A DNA stretch of 60,999 bases from a virus (Duplodnaviria > Caudoviricetes). Positions 49,058-58,490 of this stretch are shown one piece after another. Position 1 is the stretch's first letter; the number at the start of each line of letters is the position of its first letter. The position numbers and the translations under genes were made by a program. The notes beneath the pieces were generated by a model. That model did not search any database, had not been told where the DNA came from, and saw only the letters and a list, made by a program, of their open reading frames with translations. The stretch is from IMG/VR virus record IMGVR_UViG_3300033148_005313, positions 1-60,999 of that record; one strand, written 5' to 3'.

Positions 49058-49443
49058 GGGGTCTCTTCCTCCTGGGTCGCCTTTACCCCCGATCGCTTCC
49101 CGTGTTTGTCGGCAACCGGCAACACTACATCCACGCTAATGCCCCCCTCAGCGATAGCCCTCATCATGTCAACAGCCTCATCCGGGGTCCGGCATGGGCG
49201 GAGTGAGAACGCGGTAAACCAGGCGTTCGTGTTGACGACCTCCACGTCGTAAACGTAAGAGGCCCAGCAGTCGCACTTGCGCCTTGTCGCACGCAGCTCA
49301 AACCCGACCTCGAAGGAGGGCCACAGCCGGATATCGTCGCCTTTCTCTAGGTGCCCGACAGCCGCTTCGTCGGAGACCTCTTGATACCTGTCGTCCCCGA
49401 AGTAGGTGCCGTTGTCTACTTCGATGCTCGTTGGATCGCTCAC
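49054..49443 (-). CDS. Hypothetical protein
   Basis: Coupled to the primase stop codon. Confidence 0.55.
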   Translation of the reverse strand: MSDPTSIEVDNGTYFGDDRYQEVSDEAAVGHLEKGDDIRLWPSFEVGFELRATRRKCDCWASYVYDVEVVNTNAWFTAFSLRPCRTPDEAVDMMRAIAEGGISVDVVLPVADKHGKRSGVKATQEEETP

Positions 49444-51083
49444 TCTCCACCTTCCTCTCCGTTGTCCGGCACGCCCCAGAAGCTCAGCGTCGTCGTGCGG
49501 GGTCCGCGCTTGACCGAGTGGGTCGAGCGCACGGCGCCGACCGTCTTGAGGCGCTTCAGCGCGTCCTGCTTCGAGAGCCTCACCTCCAACGACCGGGCGT
49601 GCCTCACGAACTCGTCGACGCGCAGCCAGAGCCGCCCCCCGCGCCGGAACGGCTGCCCGGGGTTAGCGACGATCTCGCCTGGCTTGTAGGCGTTCTCGCC
49701 GCGGTCGTTGCGGTACGACAGGATGACATCTAGCGTCTCGCCGTCGAGTGTCCCCTCGTCGCCCACGTCCAGCGGCTCGGCGGCCCGCGCCATCAAGTTC
49801 GCGAACGTCCTCCAACCAGGCTGCGAACCTCGCTCGAAGCTGCGCGGCATGACCAACGCCACGTCGAAGATCAGCGACATGAATCGATTCTGCTGGACGA
49901 CGGCCGAACTCGGCATCTCCACGCAGTCCTCGCCTACCCAGAACCGGAAGGTCTTCGGAACGCCGGTGATGACCTGGATGTTGGTGATCGGCACGTCGAG
50001 CCGCCGGGCGACGGCCTGTATCTGCTCCTCGCGACTGACCTCGTCCCCTGCGACGATCTCCGCTATGCGCTGCTCGTCGCCGTCCTGGTCGTGAGCCCGC
50101 CGCGCCGTGAAGATCGTCCGTTGGTAGTAGTCTACGCGGTTGAGCTTGTCGGTGCCGTCCCCGTTGCGCTGCCGGTGGCGCCGCAGGACCGCGGCGATCT
50201 CGTCGCCGCCGAGCCCGGCCTGCACGAGCTGGTTCGCCAGCGACTGGTCGTACTGCGAGAGGCTGGCCCCGCGCATGTCAGAGCGCGCGTGCTCCCAGGT
50301 ACGCTTGTACTGGGCGGAGTTCTCGATCAGCGCGGAGTGCTTGTCGTCGGGGAAGGGGCCGAGGATGTTGACCGAGGGCCAGTCGTCGCGCGTCGGGGTC
50401 GCGCCGGCGGCGACCGTCTTGCCCGTGGTGTCGTCGTGATACGGGACGAAGAGGTCTCGGAGCTGCTCCGGCTCGTAGGTGGCCTTCGCGTTGAGCGTGT
50501 GAATCGTGACCAGCTTCGAGTCATCCTTCTGCTTGTGGTTGAAGGTGCCCGGAACGCGCATCACGCGGGCCACGTCCCACACCGAATCGACCGTCCAGCC
50601 GCGCCGCCGCGCGTGCTCCTTCACGGTGTCGTGCCAGCCGCGAGACAGCGCTGTGAGGTCGTCGGCGCCGGCCTCGTGCGGCTCGTTGAACAGCCACCAG
50701 CACTGTAGGCCGTTGCCGCTGTGGACGACGACCGTCGGCTCGGCGCCGGTGGCCTCGATCACGGCCAGCGCCTCGGCCTCGGACGGCGGGTATCCTGGCT
50801 TGCCCTCGCCGGCGAAGTCCACGTCGGCCACGACGCCGACCAACGCCTTCACCGTGTCGCGGCTCGTGCGCTTCTTCTCGCCCAGGTCCTCGGCGACCAG
50901 GCCGACGCCGCAGTACATGTCCTTGCCGGCGCCGTGCTTCACGACGTGCGCGGCGGCCTTCTCGGGGTCGGAGAACCACTTGCTCTGCTTGTCCTGCAGC
51001 GACCACACCAGGAACAGCAAGCCCTCGGGGAGGTCGCCGTAGAGCAGCTTCAAGAACTTCTGCGTCTGCTTCGCCATCGCCAT
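49440..51083 (-). CDS. RepB-type (AEP) DNA primase with helix-bundle domain
   Basis: ADVDF, VHSGNGLQCWW, ARVMRVPGTFNHK, S..D..LAN, Y..RTI. Confidence 0.85.
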   Translation of the reverse strand: MAMAKQTQKFLKLLYGDLPEGLLFLVWSLQDKQSKWFSDPEKAAAHVVKHGAGKDMYCGVGLVAEDLGEKKRTSRDTVKALVGVVADVDFAGEGKPGYPPSEAEALAVIEATGAEPTVVVHSGNGLQCWWLFNEPHEAGADDLTALSRGWHDTVKEHARRRGWTVDSVWDVARVMRVPGTFNHKQKDDSKLVTIHTLNAKATYEPEQLRDLFVPYHDDTTGKTVAAGATPTRDDWPSVNILGPFPDDKHSALIENSAQYKRTWEHARSDMRGASLSQYDQSLANQLVQAGLGGDEIAAVLRRHRQRNGDGTDKLNRVDYYQRTIFTARRAHDQDGDEQRIAEIVAGDEVSREEQIQAVARRLDVPITNIQVITGVPKTFRFWVGEDCVEMPSSAVVQQNRFMSLIFDVALVMPRSFERGSQPGWRTFANLMARAAEPLDVGDEGTLDGETLDVILSYRNDRGENAYKPGEIVANPGQPFRRGGRLWLRVDEFVRHARSLEVRLSKQDALKRLKTVGAVRSTHSVKRGPRTTTLSFWGVPDNGEEGGE

Positions 51084-51157
51084 CGCAACCCTCCCGGAAG
51101 TCGTTCGCGGAGGGGGACACAACGCCCCCCTCCGTGCGTCGCCTCAGTGCGAACGAC

Positions 51158-51973
51158 CTACTCGGGGTCGATGGGGGCCTCCGTCTCCGCGGGTTCAGCG
51201 ACGGGCGCTGTGGCCGCCGGCGTCGGCTGGCGCGTGGCGGCGTCGATGGTGCTGGCGAGGATGTCGTCGCGGTACGCGTCGGCCGCCGCGCGCATGTCCT
51301 CGGAGAGCGCCCCGAGGAACTCGGGCTCGACGGCGGAGTACTCGATACCGCCCTTGTTGGCCTCCTTCTTCAGCTTCAGGCGCGTCACGGCGTGCCAGTA
51401 CCTCAGTGCGTGCTTGTTCGCCAGCACCATGATGCTGTACCGCTCGACGGCCTTGACGCTGGTCGGCGGCGCGGAGAGGCGGATCGGCAGGATACCAAGC
51501 CCCTCCACGAGCAGCAGTATGATCTTGCGCTCGCTGCACGCCTGGCCGGCTCCGAGATCGCCCTTCTCGTTCGTGGCAGTTCCGAACCTCGACTTCGGAC
51601 ACGCGTGGCAGGCCCCGCCGTAGTCGAGCGCCTCGCCGTTGACGGCTCGGGGCACGCCGGTCTCGCAGTCGTTGCTCGTACAGCTCGGCGGTCCGCCCGC
51701 CCCGGTGAACGGCTCGTCGTAGTACACGCGGACGTTGTGCATCCACAGCATCACGCCGTCGATGTGTGGCGCGTTGTCGAGGCCCAGCTCCGCGAGCTCC
51801 CAACTCGTCGTGCCGCCCGCCGGGACCTTGATCCCGTCGAGACTCCAGAGGTCGAGGTTGCCGGCGGCGTTCGCCTCCAGCGCCTCCCGGTGCGGCGACG
51901 CGTCTCCGGCCAACGTCGCCAGCGGCCCGAAGTCGTTTACGACCTTCGCCAGCTCGTCTGTCTTCTTGCCCAT
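51158..51973 (-). CDS. Putative ssDNA-binding/annealing protein
   Basis: PSCTSND, CHACP..RFG, ACSERK, PPTS; acidic tail; located between ATPase and primase. Confidence 0.6.
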   Translation of the reverse strand: MGKKTDELAKVVNDFGPLATLAGDASPHREALEANAAGNLDLWSLDGIKVPAGGTTSWELAELGLDNAPHIDGVMLWMHNVRVYYDEPFTGAGGPPSCTSNDCETGVPRAVNGEALDYGGACHACPKSRFGTATNEKGDLGAGQACSERKIILLLVEGLGILPIRLSAPPTSVKAVERYSIMVLANKHALRYWHAVTRLKLKKEANKGGIEYSAVEPEFLGALSEDMRAAADAYRDDILASTIDAATRQPTPAATAPVAEPAETEAPIDPE

Positions 51974-52037
51974 GATCGCTGCCTCTTTCCGTTCAGGTGT
52001 TCCCCGTTGTTCTTGGCCCGCCTGAAGGCGCGGCCTG

Positions 52038-52859
52038 CTACGACTTGACGCCCACGCGCCACTTCGCCGCGTAGTCGATGAGGCCCTCGAACTCTGACGG
52101 GAGCCTGTCGTGCTGCTTGATCTGCTCCCGGACGTACGCGTGAAGCGTGTTCTTGTTGAAGCCGAACGCGAGCATCGCGCCCGTGCCGTCGCCCGCGATG
52201 GCCGCGACCACCGCTTGCCAGTCCTCCGACTCGGCCGCCGCCCGAACCGCGTCCCAGTCCGTCTTCCGAAGCGCATCGACCGCCACCTCCTCCCCCGCCG
52301 GGAATACGGCGAAGCCGAACTCGTGGGCGTGGACGTTGCTATCGTCCACATTGACAGAACTCACCCCCGCCTCCGCGTACATGCCCCCGATCACCTGCTC
52401 GGCGTCGTTCTTGTCGGACTTGAGGCGCCGGTCCTCGGCGCTGATCTCCTTCCGCCGGTCCACGATGACGACGTACTCGCGCAGAAGCTCGAGGTCGACG
52501 TTGCCGGCGGGCGGGTCGGGCTTCTCTTCGTCCTCAAGGGGGTTGGGGGCTTCCGTGTACGCTGGCGGAGGAAAGGGCGACGCCTCTCCCGGCAGCGTCC
52601 ACGCTAACGTACCCCGCACCTCGTCAGCGGACATACTCGGCATTGGTCGGGCGCATGTGCCATCCTCGCTGAACTCGATCACTGATGAACAAGCACGCAG
52701 CCTATCATGCACGCTATCTACATCAACCGTATTGTCTCCCGTTATGCGGAGCATTACCTCCACATCAACAAACGCACCCCTCGGTTTAGAGCAACCATCA
52801 ATCAGAAACTCCACCGCCCTCCCGACCGCTGCACACAGATCCTCTTCCGAATAGGCCAT
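52038..52859 (-). CDS. Hypothetical replication-module protein
   Basis: ATG 52859; C-terminal coiled coil and NTLHAYVREQ. Confidence 0.55.
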   Translation of the reverse strand: MAYSEEDLCAAVGRAVEFLIDGCSKPRGAFVDVEVMLRITGDNTVDVDSVHDRLRACSSVIEFSEDGTCARPMPSMSADEVRGTLAWTLPGEASPFPPPAYTEAPNPLEDEEKPDPPAGNVDLELLREYVVIVDRRKEISAEDRRLKSDKNDAEQVIGGMYAEAGVSSVNVDDSNVHAHEFGFAVFPAGEEVAVDALRKTDWDAVRAAAESEDWQAVVAAIAGDGTGAMLAFGFNKNTLHAYVREQIKQHDRLPSEFEGLIDYAAKWRVGVKS

Positions 52860-52881
52860 CTCGTCGTTCCCCTTTCGGGCG

Positions 52882-53175
52882 CTAGTCCTTCGCCGTCCGT
52901 TGCACCTTCTGAATCCACCGCTCATGCCCCGCCTTGGCCTCCTCCTCCGTCGAGTACCGCTCGCACTCCTGGTCGAGTTCGCCACCGAACACCATCGTCT
53001 CGAAGATGAGTGGAGGCCCATCACCGAACTGATGATCGAGACCAAGCCAGACGGTACTCACTTCACCCTCGGGAAGCTCTGTCTGGGCAACGATCTTCAA
53101 CTCCGGATTCTCGAAGGATTCCGCCCACTCCAGCATCTCGCACGGCGTTCCGTCCCGTCGATAGTACTTCGCCAT
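52882..53175 (-). CDS. Conserved phage hypothetical protein
   Basis: VSTVWLGLDH...PLIFETMVFGG...RYST..EA..GH. Confidence 0.7.
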   Translation of the reverse strand: MAKYYRRDGTPCEMLEWAESFENPELKIVAQTELPEGEVSTVWLGLDHQFGDGPPLIFETMVFGGELDQECERYSTEEEAKAGHERWIQKVQRTAKD

Positions 53176-53220
53176 CTCGTCGTTCCCCTTTCTGTCGTCC
53201 GTCGATTCGCGCCACCGTCT

Positions 53221-54654
53221 CTACGCCGCCAGCGCGCCGTCCTCGATCACGAAGCCGACCGCGCCGCTCTCGTCCACGCGGGCCATCCATACCTGGTAGC
53301 CGTTCTCGGCCGCCATCTCGCGAATCAGGGCGAGGTTCTTCTGGTCGAACCGCTCGCCGTCGTCGATCCGGATGACCTTGATGCCGCTGTCCTCGGCCAT
53401 CGCCACGGCCATCGCCACGCGGAGCTTGACGCCCGTACCCTCCTGCGCCAGCGGGTGCTCTACGCCGTCTTCACCGACCCACGTGAGCCCGTCGTCGCCG
53501 AAGCCGAGGCCCGGCACCTTCAAGTCAGCGCCGGCGACCAGGACGCGCTTCTCCGCGTCGACGCCCTTGATCTCGTTGGAGAGAGCCGTGGAAGCCGCGT
53601 CCTGCGTCGACTGTACCTGCAGCTTGGCCGCCCGATCGTCGAACGCTCGCGCCTGGGTCCGGGCCTCGTCGGCGCCGGTGACCTGCGCGTCCAGGTCGGA
53701 GTAGTCGGGGTCGGGGACTTCGACGGGAGTGGGGAGCTTCTCGACGGTCTCCTCGGCCTTCCCGAGTTCGGTTTCGAGATGCTCTAACGTACCGACGAGG
53801 TGATTCCGATTCTCGACCGCCTTCCCTAGCTCGGCCGTCAACCGTGCGACCTCTACGGTCGCCTGTGCCAACTCTCGCTTTCCACGGTCCTGCAGGTCGA
53901 CGAAGGTCTGGGCCTCGGCCTGCGCGTCGTTCAACGCCTTCTGCTTCGCGCTCTCCTCGTCGTTGGCCGCGCGCCACTCAGCCTCCCGCTGCGTGCGCTG
54001 CGCGAGGATCTCCGTCACGTCAGGCACGTCCGGTCGCTCGTCCGGCGCCTCGATCTCGTTAGCCGCGGCCTTCGCGCTGTCACGCGCGGAGTTGACCCCT
54101 GTGCGCTTCACGTAGAGCGCGTCTCGCCGCCCGTCGAGCGCGGATAGTTCGTCGGTCAGCCCGGCGAGCTCGATGGCCGTGTCAAGCTGGTCCTTCGGGT
54201 CCGCGTCGAGAAAGGTCGTCAGGTCCAGCGTGAACCGGCCGATGAGTTCGTTGAGAAGCGTCTGCGGGGAGTTGTAGGTCAAGCTCCCCTCGGCGTTGGT
54301 CACGACGAGGCCGCTGTCCTTGTAGACGCGCGCCCCGGTCTCCTCGCCCTCTTCGTCGAGCACCGCCTCGGTTCGGAACCGGCGCCGGACGACGATGTCG
54401 CCCAGGTCGAGCGTGATCTCCGCCTCCTCGGCGCCATCGCTGACCGGACTGCCCGGGGCGATCTCGGAGACGACTCCCTCCCCGCCGAGCGCGCACCAGA
54501 TCATGTTCAGCACCGTCGACTTCCCGACGCCGTTCGCGCCGGTGATCAGCACCAGCGGGTCGTCCGGGTCGGTCACCAGCGTGATCGCCTTCAGGCGCAT
54601 GAACCCCTCGCCCTGGAGGCTTACCACCGTCAGGCCTTTCAGGTCTTCGGACAT
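53221..54654 (-). CDS. SMC/Rad50-like ATPase
   Basis: GANGVGKST Walker A, central coiled coil, IRIDDGE Walker B. Confidence 0.85.
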   Translation of the reverse strand: MSEDLKGLTVVSLQGEGFMRLKAITLVTDPDDPLVLITGANGVGKSTVLNMIWCALGGEGVVSEIAPGSPVSDGAEEAEITLDLGDIVVRRRFRTEAVLDEEGEETGARVYKDSGLVVTNAEGSLTYNSPQTLLNELIGRFTLDLTTFLDADPKDQLDTAIELAGLTDELSALDGRRDALYVKRTGVNSARDSAKAAANEIEAPDERPDVPDVTEILAQRTQREAEWRAANDEESAKQKALNDAQAEAQTFVDLQDRGKRELAQATVEVARLTAELGKAVENRNHLVGTLEHLETELGKAEETVEKLPTPVEVPDPDYSDLDAQVTGADEARTQARAFDDRAAKLQVQSTQDAASTALSNEIKGVDAEKRVLVAGADLKVPGLGFGDDGLTWVGEDGVEHPLAQEGTGVKLRVAMAVAMAEDSGIKVIRIDDGERFDQKNLALIREMAAENGYQVWMARVDESGAVGFVIEDGALAA

Positions 54655-54694
54655 GGCCGTTGCTCCTCTCTGTCATGTTGCTCCGTCGAGTCCG

Positions 54695-55210
54695 CTACTC
54701 GTCGTCGCCCATATCATCATCTTCCGGATCATCCTCGTCCAGCGGCGGCGGAGGAAGGGTCGTAGCAGAGGCCAGCGGGCGACCCGCCTTCTTCTTCGGC
54801 TTGTGCGTCCTCGTCTTGTGCAAGGCCAATCCCTGTTTCGAATCGAAGGTACGGCTACACATATCGCAGTCATGCGAGACCCGATGAGGGTCATCGTCAA
54901 CGTCATCCTCGACCTTGTGCATCCTCGCATTGTGCATCTTCAACCCGCGCGCCGTCGTGAATGAGCGATCGCACTCGTCACACTCATAAGGGGCGCGGGC
55001 GGAGGTGTCATCGTCGACGTCCTCTTCGACGGGCGGAGGTGGCTTCGACGACTCCTCGGCCTCCGCCGACGCGCCGGACGAATCCCTAATGCCGACTAGC
55101 CGGATTACGGCACCTGCACGAAGTAACGCATCGAACACCTCGGAGAGTCCATCATGACGGTCGGAATCGACCTCGACGAGGTAACCCCATTTCGCCTGCT
55201 GTGACATCAT
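54695..55210 (-). CDS. Protein with two classical C2H2 zinc fingers
   Basis: YECDECDRSFTTARGLKMHNARMH and HDCDMCSRTFDSKQGLALHKTRTH. Confidence 0.85.
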   Translation of the reverse strand: MMSQQAKWGYLVEVDSDRHDGLSEVFDALLRAGAVIRLVGIRDSSGASAEAEESSKPPPPVEEDVDDDTSARAPYECDECDRSFTTARGLKMHNARMHKVEDDVDDDPHRVSHDCDMCSRTFDSKQGLALHKTRTHKPKKKAGRPLASATTLPPPPLDEDDPEDDDMGDDE

Positions 55211-55237
55211 CGATAGGCTCCTCTCTGTTTTGCGGTT

Positions 55238-56878
55238 TCACCCGCGCATATCGTCGACCACCGCGTTCACGACGTCGGCCTTCCGCTCCAGCGCGTCGAG
55301 CACCACCTCGTCCACCGTGCCCGCCGCGACCAGGTGGACGTACGTGACGTGGTTCTCCTGACCCGGACGGTGAATGCGGGCCCGACTCTGCTCGTAGTTG
55401 CCGAGGCTCCAGTCCAGCGAGTAGTAGAGGCCGTACCGGGCCCGGCTGAGGTCGATACCCAGGCCGCCGGCCTGCACCTGCACGGCGATGAGGTGACCGT
55501 TCCGCTGGAAGTCCTCGAGGTCGTTTTGCCGACCCGACAGCTCCCAGCACGTCATGTTGAGATCGCGACAGACCTCGTGTACGGCGTCAAGGTCGTTATG
55601 GAACCGGCAGAAGACGACGACCGACGGGGGGTCCGCGCCGGCGAAGCCCATATCCTCGAGGACCTCGGCCAGCAGCTCCCTCTTCGAGTCGTCCACGACG
55701 GCGGTCTCGCCGTCAATAGGCAGGTAGCCGCTCGTGATTTGCTGGAGCCGCATTAGCCGGGCGAGGCCGTTCGCCGCCGTGATCTCGCCTGTTCCGACCT
55801 GAGCCCGCAGCTCCTTGTCCATCTGCCGGTAAACCCGCGCCGCGCCCTTCGACAGCTCGCACGTCCGGGTCTGGTCCGTGGTCGGAGGCAGGTCGAGCAC
55901 GTCGTCGGCCCGTACGCGGAACGCAATCCGGTACATGCGCTCGTGGAGCTCGTCCAGGTTCTTGAACCCGTCGAGCTGCCTATAGCTCCGCAGGCCGAGC
56001 TCCCTCATCCACGACACGAGCACGCCGGCGTTCACGCCGAGCTGGCCCGCGCAGTCGGCCACCGACCTACCGCCGAAAATCTGGCCCGTCACCCATGAGC
56101 GCAGGGCGCCGCCGACCTTAGCCTCGGCCTCCGCGATCTTGCGCCACTTGTAGGCAACGGCGCGGGCGACGCCCGACGCCCGGGCGCCCTCGGCCGCGGA
56201 GGCGTGCCCGGCACGTTCCCACGCCGGAGTCGCGTGCGTCGTCTTCACGCCGTCGGTATGGGTCGCGTACTCGCTCACGAACAGTCGGTGGGAGTCGCCG
56301 AAGATCGAGGGGTCGAGCGCCCGGTACTGCGCGTAGATGTCCAGGGGGTCGTGCGGCATCGGCGTGCCGGTGAGGGCGAGGCGCGTGCCGCTGCGGGCGG
56401 ATACACGGGCCGCGATGTTCTGGCAGACGAGCGACGCCTTACCCTCGGGGCCCTTGATCCTGTGACTCTCGTCAAAGACCAGGCCGTCCCACCGGCACCG
56501 CGTGAGCAAGGCCTTCATCGGATCACGCAGGACGGCCTCGTAGTTGAGGACGGCCATGATGGGCTTGTTGAATTGGTGCCCGTTACGAACGGCCGTCTCC
56601 AGCGCCTCCGCGCGCTTCGTCGTGGAACCCTTGACGAGCGGCAGCACGTCCCAGCGTTCGGGGTGGTGCTTCGCCGCCTCCTTCGGCCAGACGGCGATCA
56701 CGCTCTTCGGGCACAGGACCAGGACGCGCGAGCAGTCGCGCGCGGCCAGGAGGTCAAGCGCGACCTTCGTTTTCCCTGTTCCCATATCCAACGCCAGCAT
56801 CGCCGCCGGCTTGTCTTCGCAAAACTGAAACGCATCGTCCTGGTGTTTCCATCTGTCCGTGGGGGTCGCCGTTGCCAA
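55238..56878 (-). CDS. SNF2-family helicase with HTH insertion
   Basis: DMGTGKT, DESHRIK, LTGTP, RLQQI, GLGIDL, QSRARIHRPGQ. Confidence 0.9.
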   Translation of the reverse strand: MATATPTDRWKHQDDAFQFCEDKPAAMLALDMGTGKTKVALDLLAARDCSRVLVLCPKSVIAVWPKEAAKHHPERWDVLPLVKGSTTKRAEALETAVRNGHQFNKPIMAVLNYEAVLRDPMKALLTRCRWDGLVFDESHRIKGPEGKASLVCQNIAARVSARSGTRLALTGTPMPHDPLDIYAQYRALDPSIFGDSHRLFVSEYATHTDGVKTTHATPAWERAGHASAAEGARASGVARAVAYKWRKIAEAEAKVGGALRSWVTGQIFGGRSVADCAGQLGVNAGVLVSWMRELGLRSYRQLDGFKNLDELHERMYRIAFRVRADDVLDLPPTTDQTRTCELSKGAARVYRQMDKELRAQVGTGEITAANGLARLMRLQQITSGYLPIDGETAVVDDSKRELLAEVLEDMGFAGADPPSVVVFCRFHNDLDAVHEVCRDLNMTCWELSGRQNDLEDFQRNGHLIAVQVQAGGLGIDLSRARYGLYYSLDWSLGNYEQSRARIHRPGQENHVTYVHLVAAGTVDEVVLDALERKADVVNAVVDDMRG

Positions 56879-56908
56879 GCGGTCGCCCCTCCTCTCCGCG
56901 GCCGCCGC

Positions 56909-57136
56909 CTACTCGACGACGGCGACCGTCTTCGTGTTGATGCCGAGGCGCTTCAGCCAGCAATTCTCCGAGCCGGCCAACGCCTGAAACGAGATGCCCA
57001 GCCGCTTCGCGATCCAGGTCTTCGACTCGCCCGCGTTGAACGACGCGACGATGAATTCGCGGACACACCGCCCGCCGAGCCGTCGCCGCTCCACCTCGCG
57101 CATCTTGTCGGTCTTCTGAATCTCCGTCTGGGCCAT
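56909..57136 (-). CDS. HTH DNA-binding protein
   Basis: SKTWIAKRLGISFQAL; AAGGAGG RBS; first gene after a promoter. Confidence 0.7.
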   Translation of the reverse strand: MAQTEIQKTDKMREVERRRLGGRCVREFIVASFNAGESKTWIAKRLGISFQALAGSENCWLKRLGINTKTVAVVE

Positions 57137-57170
57137 CGAACCGCCTCCTTCCTCTGTCCTACGGGCGGTC

Positions 57171-57200
57171 ATCATACGTCTTTACGTTTAGAAATGTCAA
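57171..57200 (-). promoter_or_regulatory. sigma70-type promoter of the replication operon
   Basis: TTGACA-18 nt-TATGAT. Confidence 0.7.
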
Positions 57201-57745
57201 GACGGCGGCGGTATCGGCGGCGTCGGATATACCGAAGACGGCAAGGTCTTCTCTGGGGGTGTCGAGGATGCCTGCGGTTTCGCCGGCAATTCCGGAGGAA
57301 TCTGCGTCGTCCGATCGACGACGGCGATCTGCTCCTTCTTGGCCGCCATCCCCATCGCCTTCGCCCCGATGACCGATAACTCCATGCGTTCCCTCACGTA
57401 GTTGGTCATCTCCCGACCGTTGCGGGAGATCTGACGGCTCGCATACTGACCCGCCCTGAAGATACCTCGAAGCACCTTCTTCCAGCGCCGTCCCGTCTCC
57501 GGCAACGCGTCGTCGGCAGAGGCGATCACGATGCCCCAACCGCCGCCCGGCGGCGCGGGGCGATGCCCGGCGTGGCCCGCGCGCAGGATCGCGCGGCGCA
57601 TCTTGTCCTTCCCGGCAAGATCCATCGCGACGCCGGTGTCGTCCTCGATCATCGTGTAGGACAGCTCGGTCCCCGGCTTCTGGTCCCTGAAGTACTCCGT
57701 CAACGTAATCAAGTCCTCGCTCGGGGGAAACAGATTGGTCGGCAT
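57197..57745 (-). CDS. Hypothetical protein, candidate accessory of the RAMP-repeat locus
   Basis: Starts 25 nt after pentamer unit D; possible winged-helix N-terminus; Pro-rich tail. Confidence 0.65.
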   Translation of the reverse strand: MPTNLFPPSEDLITLTEYFRDQKPGTELSYTMIEDDTGVAMDLAGKDKMRRAILRAGHAGHRPAPPGGGWGIVIASADDALPETGRRWKKVLRGIFRAGQYASRQISRNGREMTNYVRERMELSVIGAKAMGMAAKKEQIAVVDRTTQIPPELPAKPQASSTPPEKTLPSSVYPTPPIPPPS

Positions 57746-57769
57746 GATGGGCCTCTCTTCCTTGGTAGT

Positions 57770-57896
57770 CGTTGAGTTGCGTTGCGCGGAAACGTGTCGC
57801 GGAGCACAGAGCGGCGGCGAAACGCAAAGCTGCGAGGGGCATTGCGGCGTGCTGCAAGGCGCCGTGGAGCGAAGCGTGGCGCAGAAGCGTGATGCG
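57770..57896 (-). ncRNA. Pentamer-periodic unit D (25 x YDC-NN, ends CAACTCAACG), candidate guide RNA
   Basis: cgcat cacgc ttctg cgcca cgctt cgctc cacgg cgcct tgcag cacgc cgcaa tgccc ctcgc agctt tgcgt ttcgc cgccg ctctg tgctc cgcga cacgt ttccg cgcaa cgcaa ctcaa cg. Confidence 0.8.
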
Positions 57897-57908
57897 CTGG
57901 TGAATACC

Positions 57909-58472
57909 CTACTTTACCCACTCCATCTCGACGATGCTAAAGCGTCCGTAGTACCCGCCGTTCTCGGGGCGGAAACGACCGACGCCGACGAACAGCCCGG
58001 CGGTCTCCAGGTGCTCCTTGAAGATGGCCTCGGTGATCTCGGCGTCGAGTACGTGGAACGTCACCGTCGCCTCCCACGCCTTCGTCGTCGGGTAGCGACG
58101 CCATACGCGCTTGCTCGTGCTACCCTTCGACCCTTGGCTGTCCGCGTAGATCATGTCGCACTCGAACTCGTCCTTACGGATCCCGAGCATGACCGGGTCG
58201 ACGACCATCACCCCCGACACGAACAGCTTGGTGAATGTCGCCTGACCCTTGTTCTTACGCTTCATACCCGTGCGCGCAGCGGCGGCGTCGAGAACCTTCT
58301 TGAACGCCATCGGCGGGATGAAGACCTCATCGTTCTCATCGTAGTGGAGGTGCTCCATCCAAGTGCGCTCGTCGTACGCTTCGGCGGCCTCCTTGTCCTC
58401 CTTCGGAACACCTATGGGCTTGCTTTGAGAGTACGGACCTTCCGACTTCAGCTTGACGATTGCGACTGGCAT
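57909..58472 (-). CDS. Stand-alone RAMP / Cas7-like RNA-binding protein
   Basis: FIPPMAFKKVL (RAMP IP...K motif) and C-terminal glycine-rich loop AGLFVGVGRFRPENGGYYGRF; 187 aa. Confidence 0.8.
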   Translation of the reverse strand: MPVAIVKLKSEGPYSQSKPIGVPKEDKEAAEAYDERTWMEHLHYDENDEVFIPPMAFKKVLDAAAARTGMKRKNKGQATFTKLFVSGVMVVDPVMLGIRKDEFECDMIYADSQGSKGSTSKRVWRRYPTTKAWEATVTFHVLDAEITEAIFKEHLETAGLFVGVGRFRPENGGYYGRFSIVEMEWVK

Positions 58473-58490
58473 GGCGGTACTCCTCTCTTT

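Noticed and set aside
55985-56265. Intein in the SNF2 helicase (also considered for the MTase insert)
   Set aside because: No C/S start or HN-C/S/T end; too short
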